Origin: Actinomycetes bacterium
Lineage (GTDB): Bacteria > Actinomycetota > Actinomycetes > Mycobacteriales > Jatrophihabitantaceae
Length of the DNA stretch: 42,521 nucleotides
Assembly: GCA_009780925.1 (NCBI GenBank)
Contig: WQZC01000001.1
Location: 1-42,521 of the forward strand
Direction: 5' to 3'
Of the stretch, positions 33,561 through 42,521 are shown piece after piece. Positions within the stretch are counted from its first letter, which is position 1; each line of letters opens with the position of its first letter. The notes beneath the pieces are model-generated. The model was given only the letters and a program-made list of their open reading frames with translations. It ran no database searches and was not told the origin of the DNA. The position numbers and the translations under genes were made by a program.

Positions 33561-34820
33561 TCAAGCCAGGAACTCGGCCAGCCCGTCCAACAGTCGCGCC
33601 ACGTCCCCGGCGTCGCTGTACGGGGCCAGCCCTATCCGCAACCCACCGTTGTCTCCGAGGCCCAGCCGGCGGGACGCCTCCACCGCGTAAAACGACCCCG
33701 ACGGCGCGTGGACCCCGCAGCGGGCGAGGTGGCGGTAGGCATCTGTGGTGGCGCGGCCCTCGAAGGTGAGCAGCAGGGTGGGGGTGCGGTGCGCCGCGCG
33801 CGACCACAAGGTCACCCCATCAAGGTCGGCCAGCCCGTCCTCGATCCGCGATCGGAGCGCGTCCTCGTGCTCCTCAATGGCCGCGAACGCCGCCGCCAGC
33901 CGCACCCGCCGGCCGCTCGCGACGCCCGGTCCGCTCGACGTGTCCGGTGCGCTCGACGTGTCCGGAGCGCCGACCGCGCCCGGCGCCAGCCCGGCGAGGA
34001 AGTCCACCGCCGCCGCGGTGCCGGCCAGCGACTCGTACGGCAGGGTGCCGAACTCGAACCGCTGGGGGACCTCATCCGAGGACGGGAGCAGCTTGTCCGG
34101 CCGCAGCGTCGCCAGCAACTCGGGCCGGGCGACGAGCACGCCGTGATGCGGGCCGAGGAACTTGTACGGCGAGCAGACGAAGAAGTCCGCGTCGAGCGCG
34201 GCCACATCGACGAACGCATGCGCCGTTAGGTGCACGCCGTCAACGTAGCTCAGCGCGCCGGCTTCGTGCGCGAGCGCGCTGATCTGCGCGATCGGGGGGC
34301 GGGTGCCGATGAGATTGGACGCGGCGGAGACCGCGACCAGGCGGGTCCGCTCGGAGAGCGCGGCGCGAATGTGCTCCACGGTCAGCTCGCCGGTCGCCGG
34401 GTCGAAGTCGGCCCACCTGACGACGGCGCCCACGTGCCCGGCGGCCTGGATCCACGGGCGGATGTTCGAGTCGTGATCCAACCGGGTGACCACCACCTCA
34501 TCCCCGGGCGACCAGGTCTTGGCCAGCGCGCGGGAGAAGTCGTAGGCGAGCTGGGTGGCGCTGCGGCCGAACACCACGCCGCCCGGGTCGGCGCCCAGCA
34601 GGTCGGCCATCGCCCGGCGCGCCCCGTCCACGATGGACCAGGCGTTGCGCTCCCCGGTCAGCCCGTCGCGATCAGCGTTCGACAGCGGGTTGGCCAAGGC
34701 GCTCGCGATCGCCGCGATCACCGGGGAGGGCGTTTGCGTCCCACCCGGCCCGTCGAAATGCGCGATGCCGGAAATCAACGCGGGGAACTGAGCCCTCACC
34801 GCCGCGACGTCGTAGGTCAT
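33561..34820 (-). CDS. Class-V aminotransferase / cysteine desulfurase-like PLP enzyme
   Basis: It begins MTYDVAAVRAQFPAL...FDGPGGTQTP and continues VVVTRLDHDSNIRPW. CSPYKFLGPHHG carries the PLP Lys. It contains an inserted repeat, APDTSSAPDTSS. Confidence 0.85.
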   Translation of the reverse strand: MTYDVAAVRAQFPALISGIAHFDGPGGTQTPSPVIAAIASALANPLSNADRDGLTGERNAWSIVDGARRAMADLLGADPGGVVFGRSATQLAYDFSRALAKTWSPGDEVVVTRLDHDSNIRPWIQAAGHVGAVVRWADFDPATGELTVEHIRAALSERTRLVAVSAASNLIGTRPPIAQISALAHEAGALSYVDGVHLTAHAFVDVAALDADFFVCSPYKFLGPHHGVLVARPELLATLRPDKLLPSSDEVPQRFEFGTLPYESLAGTAAAVDFLAGLAPGAVGAPDTSSAPDTSSGPGVASGRRVRLAAAFAAIEEHEDALRSRIEDGLADLDGVTLWSRAAHRTPTLLLTFEGRATTDAYRHLARCGVHAPSGSFYAVEASRRLGLGDNGGLRIGLAPYSDAGDVARLLDGLAEFLA

Positions 34821-34832
34821 GGGGAGATCCTG

Positions 34833-37800
34833 TCACTCGGCGAACAGCGCCCGCACGTCCTCGGCGTCCAGCGCCTTGCCCATCGCGCCGTCGCCGTCCA
34901 GCACCTCGGCGAACAGCGCCGCCTTGGTGGCCTTGAGCGCCATCACCTTGTCCTCGATGGTGCCGACGGCGACGAAGCGGTAGGCCAGCACCGGCCGTTG
35001 CTGCCCGATCCGGTGCGCCCGGTCGATCGCCTGGACCTCCACCGCTGGGTTCCACCACGGGTCGAGCACGAACACGTAATCGGCTTCGGTCAGGTTCAGG
35101 CCCGACCCGCCGGCCTTGAGGCTGATCAGGAACGCCGGCTGCGCGCCCGATTTGAACTCGGCGATGACGGCGCGCCGGTCACGGGTGCGCCCGTCCAGGT
35201 AGACGGTCGCGATCCCCTCCCGGTCCAGCCGGTCCCGCACCCGGCGCAAGTAGCTGGTGAACTGGCTGAACACCAGCGCCCGATGCCCCTCGGCGGCCAG
35301 CTCGCGCAACCGCTCGACCAGCGCGTCGAGCTTGGCCGAGCCGACCGCCTCGTGCTTGGCGTCCACCAGCGCGGGGTCCAACGCGAGCTGGCGCAATCGG
35401 GTCAGCGCGCCGAAGATGGCGATCCGGTTGCGCTGGAAGTCCTCGACCAGGCCGAGCACGGTCTGCCGCTCGCGCTGCAGATGGGTGTCGTAGATCCGGC
35501 GGTGCCGCGGGTTCAACACGATCTCCACCACCTGCTCCTGCTTGGGCGGCAGGTCGGCGGCGACCAGCTCCTTGGTGCGGCGCAGCAGGAACGGGCGGAT
35601 CCGGCGGCGGAACCGGTCCAGCGCCAGCTGGTCGCCCTGCTGCTCGATCGGGCGGACGACCTGCTCGGTGAAGCGCTTGGGCCACGGGTACAGCCCTGGC
35701 GCCACGATGGACAGCAACGACCACAGCTCCAGCAGCCGGTTCTCGAACGGGGTGCCGGTCAGCGCCAGCCGGAACGGCGCGTCCAGGCGGCGGATCTCCT
35801 GGTAGGTCTTGCCCTGATGGTTCTTCACCGCCTGTGCCTCGTCCAGGATCAGCCCGCCCCAGGCCAACGCCCGGTATTGCTCCGCCTCCAGCCGGAACAA
35901 CGTGTACGAGGTGACCACGATGTCGGCCCCAGCGCACGCGCGCGCCAACGACTGCTCGCGCCGGGCGGCCAGCGCGGTCACCGCCGCGACGCGCAGGCCC
36001 GGGGTGTGCGCGGCGGTCTCGGCCACCCAGGTGCCGATGACCGAGGTCGGCGCCACCACCAGGAACGGGTCCGCGCCGCGCTCACGCGCGTGGGCGATCA
36101 GCGCGAGCGTCTGCAGCGTCTTGCCCAGGCCCATGTCGTCGGCGAGGATGCCACCGAGCCCGGACTGCCACAGGAACGCCAGCCACCGGATCCCGTCGGT
36201 TTGGTACGGCCGCGGGGTCGAGCGCAGCCCGGTGGGCGCGACGCGCGGCAGGCCCTCGAAGTCGCGCAGCGCCCGCGCCGCGCGCGCCCAGTCCCGCGCC
36301 TGGGCGTCGACCACGCCGAGCGCCTCCAGCTCCGCCCACAGCGCCAGGTCGTAGCGGCCGACCCGTAGCCGGTCGCCGGGCTGATCGACCAGCTGGCTGG
36401 CGTCGGCGACCAGCTCTGCGAGCTGGGCGAAGGCGGGATGCGCGACCGGCACGTGCCGCCCGCTCTCGGTGAAGATCAGCTCGTCGCCGAGGGTCAACGC
36501 GGTGAGCACCGCGGCGAGCGGCACCGACTCCCCGTCCACGGTGATCAGGACCGCCAGGTCCAGCCAGTCGCGCGCCGCGCCTTCCTCATCGGCCCCCGGC
36601 TCGCCCGAGACAGAACCACCGGCGCCGCGGCCACCGCGGTCGGCCCCGCCCGGGTCGCCGGCGGTCCCACCGGTGGTGAAGCGGATCTCCGGCGCGTCCA
36701 GGGCTGCCCGGAACTCCAACTGCCGCCCGGCCTCGACCAGCTCGAAGCGGCCGTCCGCCGCGACCACGCGCAGCTGCGGCATGACCGTCTCAACGAAGCG
36801 CAACAGGTCGCGATCCCGCCAGGTCCGGCTCGTCAGGGGCTCGCCCCCGGCGCCGAACAACACTTCCCGCACCGGTTCGGGCAGTCCCGAGCCCGGCTCG
36901 GCGAGGCCGGCGAGGACCGTCCGCTCGGCGGCGGGGTCGCGAAGGTCGGCGGCGCGCGCCGCGCCGGGGGCAGCCGACGCGTCCAATGCGAACGCCCGCT
37001 CACCCGCGCCGCGGCCATAGACCCACTGCCAACTGGTGCTGACCGCTGGTGTCGGCGCCCAGCCCACCGTCAGCCGCAGCCGCGGCCGTTCGGGTTCGGG
37101 CAGCTGGACGCTCCCGTCGGCGGACTCGACCGGGAGCTGGCGGCGCAGCCGGGGCAGGAAATCGGCCTCGAACCGCGCCCATTGCGCGGCCGGCACGACC
37201 AGCGGCTGACTGGTGGAAAGGCTGCTCCGCAGCGCGGTGGGCCACGGCTGGCGCAGCGGCGCCAGGGTCAGCTCGCGCTGGGCGCCGCCGCGCGGCGCGG
37301 GCGTGGAGCGAAGCAAGGCCACTCCGTGCGCGGGCTGTTCGGGTTCGCCGATCAGCACAATCTCGCCCGTCGCGTCCGGCCACCACGCGTCGTCGCACCA
37401 CAGCCCGATGCGCACCGTCACCTCGCCGTCGGTCTCGCGCAAGTCCACCCGAACCTCGGCGGGGTCATCACGGATGACCACCCGGCTCAGCCCAGGCCCA
37501 GGAACGAACTCAATGCCACTACGGCGGGCGCGACGCAACACCGGCCACAAGGTCGGCCCCTGCGACACCAGGTTCGGGTCGGCCAGGCTGAAACCGTGCT
37601 GCGCGGCCTGCGCCAGGTCCCGCAGCGCGGCCACCTGCGCCGGATCGTGCTCACGGGCATAGCGCATCGACCCGTGCACGTCCCGCCAGCTGGCACCAGT
37701 CCTTATCCACAGGCCGCGCCGGCCCATCATGAGCGGGCGGATCGACAGCGCGCAACTTGCCACGGCCCATCTGGGGTCCAACGACCGGTACTCGACCTGG

Positions 37801-38453
37801 ATGGCCAGCGGCACCCGGTCCCGGCTGGCGCCGCTGGCGCCCTCCAGGGCGCTGAGCACGGCGCCGAGGTCGCGGTCCCACGGCGGCGGGCTCGGCTTCG
37901 CGGGGATCGCTGGTCTAGCTGGTTCGCGGGCGGGGATCCACCGCCCGCGAACCACGCCCGGCGGCTCGGTCCGCGCGGCCCACCGCGCCCGGCTGTCCAC
38001 CGCCCGGCCGCCCACCGCCCGGCCGTGCGCCGGCTCGTGGTCCGCCGACGGGCCGCCCGCGGACCAATCTCCCCCGTCCTCGATCGTCTCGTCGTCAACC
38101 ATCCCGCTTGCGGCCAAGTCCGCAACGACCGGCCCGCTGTCGACCACCTCGTCGTCCACCGTCTCGTCGTCCACCGACTCGGCGCACAACAAGGCGACCG
38201 CGTGCTTGCAGTCGAAGCCGACCGGGCAGCTGCACCGAGCGTCGATTTCGAGCCAGCGGCCGTCGGTGGATATCGACACCCGCACCGCGTACGGTCTCCG
38301 GCCGGTGCCCCGCACCGTGCCAGCCACCGAGAGCGAGCCGTCCGCCGCGCCCCCGATCTGGCGCGTCAACACCCGTCCGGACGCCGCGTAGCCCATGCCG
38401 CGCTCGATGGTCGCCGCGCCGAAGTTCCGTCGCAGTTCCGGCATCGGGACCAT
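34833..38453 (-). CDS. SNF2-family helicase with an N-terminal SWIM zinc finger
   Basis: SWIM: CSCPVGFDCKHAVALL. SNF2 motif I: ILADDMGLGKTLQ. Motif II: LILDEAQAVKN. Helicase C: LVFSQFTSYL...DPWWNPAVEVQAIDRAHRIGQ. The start is set at MVPMPELRRNFG (38453). The stop lies 12 nt before the aminotransferase ATG. Confidence 0.88.
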   Translation of the reverse strand: MVPMPELRRNFGAATIERGMGYAASGRVLTRQIGGAADGSLSVAGTVRGTGRRPYAVRVSISTDGRWLEIDARCSCPVGFDCKHAVALLCAESVDDETVDDEVVDSGPVVADLAASGMVDDETIEDGGDWSAGGPSADHEPAHGRAVGGRAVDSRARWAARTEPPGVVRGRWIPAREPARPAIPAKPSPPPWDRDLGAVLSALEGASGASRDRVPLAIQVEYRSLDPRWAVASCALSIRPLMMGRRGLWIRTGASWRDVHGSMRYAREHDPAQVAALRDLAQAAQHGFSLADPNLVSQGPTLWPVLRRARRSGIEFVPGPGLSRVVIRDDPAEVRVDLRETDGEVTVRIGLWCDDAWWPDATGEIVLIGEPEQPAHGVALLRSTPAPRGGAQRELTLAPLRQPWPTALRSSLSTSQPLVVPAAQWARFEADFLPRLRRQLPVESADGSVQLPEPERPRLRLTVGWAPTPAVSTSWQWVYGRGAGERAFALDASAAPGAARAADLRDPAAERTVLAGLAEPGSGLPEPVREVLFGAGGEPLTSRTWRDRDLLRFVETVMPQLRVVAADGRFELVEAGRQLEFRAALDAPEIRFTTGGTAGDPGGADRGGRGAGGSVSGEPGADEEGAARDWLDLAVLITVDGESVPLAAVLTALTLGDELIFTESGRHVPVAHPAFAQLAELVADASQLVDQPGDRLRVGRYDLALWAELEALGVVDAQARDWARAARALRDFEGLPRVAPTGLRSTPRPYQTDGIRWLAFLWQSGLGGILADDMGLGKTLQTLALIAHARERGADPFLVVAPTSVIGTWVAETAAHTPGLRVAAVTALAARREQSLARACAGADIVVTSYTLFRLEAEQYRALAWGGLILDEAQAVKNHQGKTYQEIRRLDAPFRLALTGTPFENRLLELWSLLSIVAPGLYPWPKRFTEQVVRPIEQQGDQLALDRFRRRIRPFLLRRTKELVAADLPPKQEQVVEIVLNPRHRRIYDTHLQRERQTVLGLVEDFQRNRIAIFGALTRLRQLALDPALVDAKHEAVGSAKLDALVERLRELAAEGHRALVFSQFTSYLRRVRDRLDREGIATVYLDGRTRDRRAVIAEFKSGAQPAFLISLKAGGSGLNLTEADYVFVLDPWWNPAVEVQAIDRAHRIGQQRPVLAYRFVAVGTIEDKVMALKATKAALFAEVLDGDGAMGKALDAEDVRALFAE

Positions 38454-38687
38454 CGCCACGCCCGAAACAGTATCGCCCGCGCCCAGATTGGTAGGCGAGC
38501 GCGCGGCACGAGTGGAACAAAAGTTCACAGTCGTGGCGATGCGTGTCCAAACAGACACGCGACCCATCGCCGACTCGCACTCGGAGTACTACAGTGGTAA
38601 CCAGAATCACACGGCTGCCATGGGTGTCCACGGGAGCCAGCACTTGGCAGGCAGGCGGCTCCGGCCGCCGCAGAGGGGTGACGGCCA

Positions 38688-41600
38688 GTGTCGAAAACAA
38701 GCGCGTCAGAAAAGCGGCGCGACGGGTTCCGCAGCCATGTCCGAACAATGGTCGCGGCGGTCGCCGCGATCGGGCTGGCGGCAGTCGGCGTGGCGCTCGG
38801 CCCCGCCAGCCCGTCCGGCGCGGCCAACACCACCGCCTTCGCCGCCCGGTTCGCCACCAACGCCAATGGCGCCATCCTCGCCATCGGCAACAACCTGCTC
38901 ACCTGCCCCACCAGCGAGGCCAACTGCGCCGCGGCCCGGGCTGGCGCGTCATACAACAACAACGCCTTCACCATGACGAACCTCGACGCGGACCGCGACC
39001 CATCGACGTTCAACTCCTCCTCCTCGGAGCTGAACCTCCCCATGGGCGCGTCCGTGCTGTGGGCCGGCCTGTACTGGGGCGCGCGGCTCAACGCCGGCAC
39101 CGGCGGCCAGGCGGGCACCGGCACCCGCACCGACATCTCGTTCCAGGTTCCCGGCGCGGGGGCATACCAGACCGTGCGCTCGACCACGGAGTTCGGCCCC
39201 AACACCTCCAGCGGCAACGCCTATCAAGAGTTCGCCGAGGTGACCGCGCTCGTGCAGGCGGCCGGCAACGGCGCCTACTGGGGCGCGAATGTGGTGGCGG
39301 GCACCGGCGCGGACCGCTACGCCGGCTGGGCGCTCACCGTCGTCTACACCGCGCCGAGCCTGCCACTGCGCAACCTGACCGTCTTCGACGGCTTCGACCG
39401 AATCCAGTCCGGCACGGTGGGGACGATCGCCGTCTCCGGGTTCCGGGCGCCGGTCTCCGGCACAGTGGACACCCAGCTGTCGATGGTGGTGTACGAGGGC
39501 GACCTGGCGCAGACCGGCGACTACTCGCGGCTGAACAACACCCAGCTGGCCACCGCCGCCTCCCCTGGATCGAACTTCTTCAACGCCTCCAACGACCGGT
39601 ACGGGCAGCACGTGACCACGCGCACCCCGGCCGACAAGAACATGCTCGGATTCGACATCAAGAACCTGGGCGCGTCCGGCGCCATCCCGAACGGCGCCAC
39701 CTCGGCGACGTTCACCTTCGGCAGCACCGGCGACATGTACCTGCCCGGGGTGCTGACCACCGCTATCAACCTGTACGCGCCGGACTTCACCGCGTCGTCC
39801 AAGACGGTGGTCGACGTGACCGGCAACAACCCGGCCCGCCCTGGGGACACGCTGCGCTACACGATCAGCCACACCAACACCGGTCAGGACCCGGCGGATC
39901 ACGTCGTCTCCACCGACCCGCTTCCGGCCGGAACCAGCTATGTCCCGGGATCGCTGCGCTTGATCGACCCAGCGACCGGAGCACCGTCAACCCTCACTGA
40001 CGCCGCCGGCGATGACACCGGTGAGTACGACTCGGCCAACCACTTGGTGCGGGTCCGGCTCGGCGCCGGCGCGGACGCGCGCGCGGGCGGCAAGATCTCC
40101 TGCCTGGGCGCCGGCTGCGCTTCTGGCGCCACCAGCGCCGGGTACAGCTTCGAGGTGACCCTTAACGCCGACGCGGGCGGCACCACCGTCACCAACCTGG
40201 CCAACCTCGACTACGACACCGCCACCACCGGGATCGCGGCCACTTTCACGACCAGCCCGGCCAGCGTGGACGTCATCAACATGGCGGACGTCTCGATCAC
40301 CAAGACGCTGGCCCCGGCCGCGGCGCCAGCCGGCGGCGCGGCGCCCGCCGGCGCGGCGATCACCGCCACCATCACGGTCACCAACCTCGGTCCCGACCCC
40401 GCCACCGAGGTCACCGTGACCGACCCCATTCCCGCCGGCTGGACCGGGGTCACCGTCTCCTCGGCCGGTGACTGCGCCATCAACGGCGGAGCCGTCGGCT
40501 GCTCCCTCGGCGATCTGGCCGACGGGCAGTCGGTGACCATCACGATCACCGGCCGCACGTCATCGGACGCCACCGCCACCGCGCTGACCAACGTCGCGTC
40601 GGTGAGCACCACTTCCCATGACCCGGATCGCACCAACAATGTGTCCGCCGACACGATCGCCATCAGCCGGCAAGCCGACCTGTCCATAACCAAGACCGCC
40701 GACCCGACCGATCCGGTCCCCGGCTCGCCGGTGAGCTGGACGCTCACCGTCATCAACCAGGGGCCTTCGGACGCGACCAACGTGCGGATCGCCGATGTCC
40801 TGGCCGACGCCAGCCAAGCGAGCATCACCGCCGCCAGTCTGGATCTGGCCTCGCGCGCCGCGGGAGGAACTTGCGCCGACGCCGTCGGTGGCTCCATCCG
40901 CTGCGCGATGCCGTCGCTGCCCGCGGGCGGCACCGTCACCATGACCGTCGCCAGCTCGCTCGCCACGGACCTCGCCGCCCACACCACGGTGGCCAACAGC
41001 GCCAGCGTCGACTCGGACACCCCCGACCCGGACCGCAGCGACAACACCGTCACCGCCAATGTGACCACTGCTGGCCCACAGGCCGATGTGCGCCTGACCA
41101 AGACCGGTCCGGCCACCGTGGTGGCCGGTGAGTCGATCAGCTGGACCGTCACCGCGACCAACTACGGACCGTCGGACGCCGCCGGCGTGGTGGTGGCAGA
41201 CACGGTTCCGACCGGGATCACCGACCTGGCCGCCACCACCACCCGGCGCGACGTGTGCGCGATCGTCGGCCAGGACGTCAGCTGCCCGGTCGGCACGCTG
41301 CCCTCCGCCGGCGCCGGTGTGGCCGGCGGCGCGGTGACGGTGACCATCACCGGCACCGTGGCCCCGGATACGACCGGCGAGCTGGTCAACACCGCGACCG
41401 CGACCCTGCCCGCCCCAGGCGCCGACCCCGAGCCCGGCAACAACTCCGCCACCTGGCGCACCGAGGTCGACACCCGGTTCGATCTTGCGGTCACCAAGTC
41501 CGCCGACACCGTCACGCTGCCCACCAGCGCCGATGTGTCAGTGAAATACACCATCAAGGTGAACAACAACGGCCCCGCGACCGCCACCGACGTGGTGCTG

Positions 41601-42521
41601 ACCGACCTGATCCCGACCGCGTTGGCATTCGACTCGGCGACGATAGCCAGCGGCGGCGGCGCCTGCGACACCCCCGTCGCCGACCCTGGTGACGCGGACC
41701 ACAAACAGTTGATCTGTCGGCTCGCGAGTCCGATCCCGCCGAAGGGCAGCGTGGAGATCACCGTGGCCATGGCCACCCCGACCGGCTGGGCGCTGCCCCA
41801 TGACGCGGTGACCGAGACCGTGTCGGTCACCGCGCCGGGCGACGACCCGGACCTGCTGGACAACAACAGCGCGAGCTGGACGTTGACCGCCCCGACCCAG
41901 ATCGACCTGTCGCTGACCAAGGACGCCGATGAGCCAGCGATGACCGCCGGCGCGATGGCGAGCTACACCCTCGCCGTCACCAACAACGGAACCGCCACCG
42001 CGCGGCCGCCAACCGTGGTGGACACGCTTCCCGCCGGCGTCACCCTGGTGCCGAGCGGGCAGTCCATCGAAGGGGCCACCTCGTTGACGCCGACTTGGTG
42101 CGCGCCGCGCTCCGCCGATCCGCAGACCATCGACTGCGTCCTGCCCGACCCCATCGCGTCCGGGGGTCAGTACTCCTTCCAGCTCTCGGTGTGGCCCTGC
42201 CCGTCCGCCAGCAACCTGTTGACGAACGGGGAACCGGCCAGCTGCGCCGCACCGCTGACGGCCGGGGCCACCGTAGTCAACAGCGCGCGCGTTACCCCGA
42301 ACCAGACCGACATCGACAACAACCTTGACGCCAATCCGTCCAACCCCGGCCGGCAGGCGCAGGCGACCAGCACGGTCGTCGCGTCCGCCGATGTCGCGGT
42401 CGAGCACTTCACCATCTCGCCGGTGACGTCGTATACCGGGCCCGGGTCGCAGCGCACTATCGAGTTCGATCTGGTCGACAACGGTCCGTCGGCGGCCGAG
42501 AACGTGACCTTCCGACTCGTC
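38688..42521 (+). CDS. Very large secreted DUF11 (conserved repeat domain) surface protein, 3'-partial. It runs off the window end and is absent from the ORF track.
   Basis: In my manual translation the frame is open from 38682 to 42521. Candidate starts are the GTG at 38688 (RBS gagggg 9 nt upstream, charged n-region SKTSASEKRRDGFR) and the ATG at 38748 (MVAAVAAIGLAAVGVALGPASPSGAA). From ~39780 there are DUF11-type units, each opening with ADVSITKT / ADLSITKT / ADVRLTKT / FDLAVTKS / IDLSLTKD / ADVAVEHF and containing ...NxGPS(D/A)A.... The last codons are ENVTFRLV. Confidence 0.85.
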   Translation, partial: MSKTSASEKRRDGFRSHVRTMVAAVAAIGLAAVGVALGPASPSGAANTTAFAARFATNANGAILAIGNNLLTCPTSEANCAAARAGASYNNNAFTMTNLDADRDPSTFNSSSSELNLPMGASVLWAGLYWGARLNAGTGGQAGTGTRTDISFQVPGAGAYQTVRSTTEFGPNTSSGNAYQEFAEVTALVQAAGNGAYWGANVVAGTGADRYAGWALTVVYTAPSLPLRNLTVFDGFDRIQSGTVGTIAVSGFRAPVSGTVDTQLSMVVYEGDLAQTGDYSRLNNTQLATAASPGSNFFNASNDRYGQHVTTRTPADKNMLGFDIKNLGASGAIPNGATSATFTFGSTGDMYLPGVLTTAINLYAPDFTASSKTVVDVTGNNPARPGDTLRYTISHTNTGQDPADHVVSTDPLPAGTSYVPGSLRLIDPATGAPSTLTDAAGDDTGEYDSANHLVRVRLGAGADARAGGKISCLGAGCASGATSAGYSFEVTLNADAGGTTVTNLANLDYDTATTGIAATFTTSPASVDVINMADVSITKTLAPAAAPAGGAAPAGAAITATITVTNLGPDPATEVTVTDPIPAGWTGVTVSSAGDCAINGGAVGCSLGDLADGQSVTITITGRTSSDATATALTNVASVSTTSHDPDRTNNVSADTIAISRQADLSITKTADPTDPVPGSPVSWTLTVINQGPSDATNVRIADVLADASQASITAASLDLASRAAGGTCADAVGGSIRCAMPSLPAGGTVTMTVASSLATDLAAHTTVANSASVDSDTPDPDRSDNTVTANVTTAGPQADVRLTKTGPATVVAGESISWTVTATNYGPSDAAGVVVADTVPTGITDLAATTTRRDVCAIVGQDVSCPVGTLPSAGAGVAGGAVTVTITGTVAPDTTGELVNTATATLPAPGADPEPGNNSATWRTEVDTRFDLAVTKSADTVTLPTSADVSVKYTIKVNNNGPATATDVVLTDLIPTALAFDSATIASGGGACDTPVADPGDADHKQLICRLASPIPPKGSVEITVAMATPTGWALPHDAVTETVSVTAPGDDPDLLDNNSASWTLTAPTQIDLSLTKDADEPAMTAGAMASYTLAVTNNGTATARPPTVVDTLPAGVTLVPSGQSIEGATSLTPTWCAPRSADPQTIDCVLPDPIASGGQYSFQLSVWPCPSASNLLTNGEPASCAAPLTAGATVVNSARVTPNQTDIDNNLDANPSNPGRQAQATSTVVASADVAVEHFTISPVTSYTGPGSQRTIEFDLVDNGPSAAENVTFRLV

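Noticed and set aside
1-42521. Mobile-element, prophage or defence-island signatures (integrase, transposase, tRNA attachment site, toxin-antitoxin, restriction-modification)
   Set aside because: I could recognise none by motif. The only hints of foreign DNA are the short AT-rich patches at 17120..17160, 25000..25050 and 33403..33490 and the truncated DUF4143 ATPase. These are insufficient to call a mobile element.

Overview
High-GC, actinobacterium-like chromosomal window with about 33 supportable protein genes. I recognised no rRNA, tRNA, CRISPR array, transposase or integrase. All starts were placed by hand, so they are less certain than stops.

Gene content, left to right:
- 3..2315: two tandem paralogous secreted proteins.
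- 2428..5227: an ABC-2 permease followed by two ATPase genes, all translationally coupled.
- 5279..5860 (minus): DUF1697.
- 5892..10999 (minus): an envelope-modification operon of transglutaminase-like protein, MBOAT, AlgJ/AlgX-like DSHW protein and lipoprotein.
- 11096..14389: DinB-family protein, adenosine-specific-kinase-like protein, and a membrane PI-PLC-like protein.
- 14572..17087: an internalin-like LRR surface protein, then CorA.
- 17369..27594: the locus I consider most interesting (below).
- 27715..34820: housekeeping or miscellaneous genes: pfkA, SGNH hydrolase, a DapB-like protein lacking the HH motif, nitroreductase, SDR, a truncated AAA_14/DUF4143 ATPase, and a class-V aminotransferase.
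- 34833..38453 (minus): a 1200-aa SWIM+SNF2 helicase.
- 38688..42521: a very large DUF11-repeat surface protein. It runs off the 3' end and is therefore missing from the supplied ORF track.

Main candidate system (17369..27594): a 988-aa secreted beta-helix protein is translationally coupled to TasA-like 'alternate-type signal peptide' proteins. These are followed by a near-perfect 3 x 89-bp hairpin-containing tandem repeat, a SipW/archaeal-type signal peptidase I, a TasA-like protein with an LSATG-type cell-wall sorting signal, and a large LuxR (LAL) regulator. This looks like an actinobacterial extracellular fibre or matrix assembly system. As far as I know it is defined only by sequence-model families and has not been studied experimentally.

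Smaller observations include several short tandem repeats, operator-like palindromes in two AT-rich islands, and complementary degeneracy of the two ABC ATPases.
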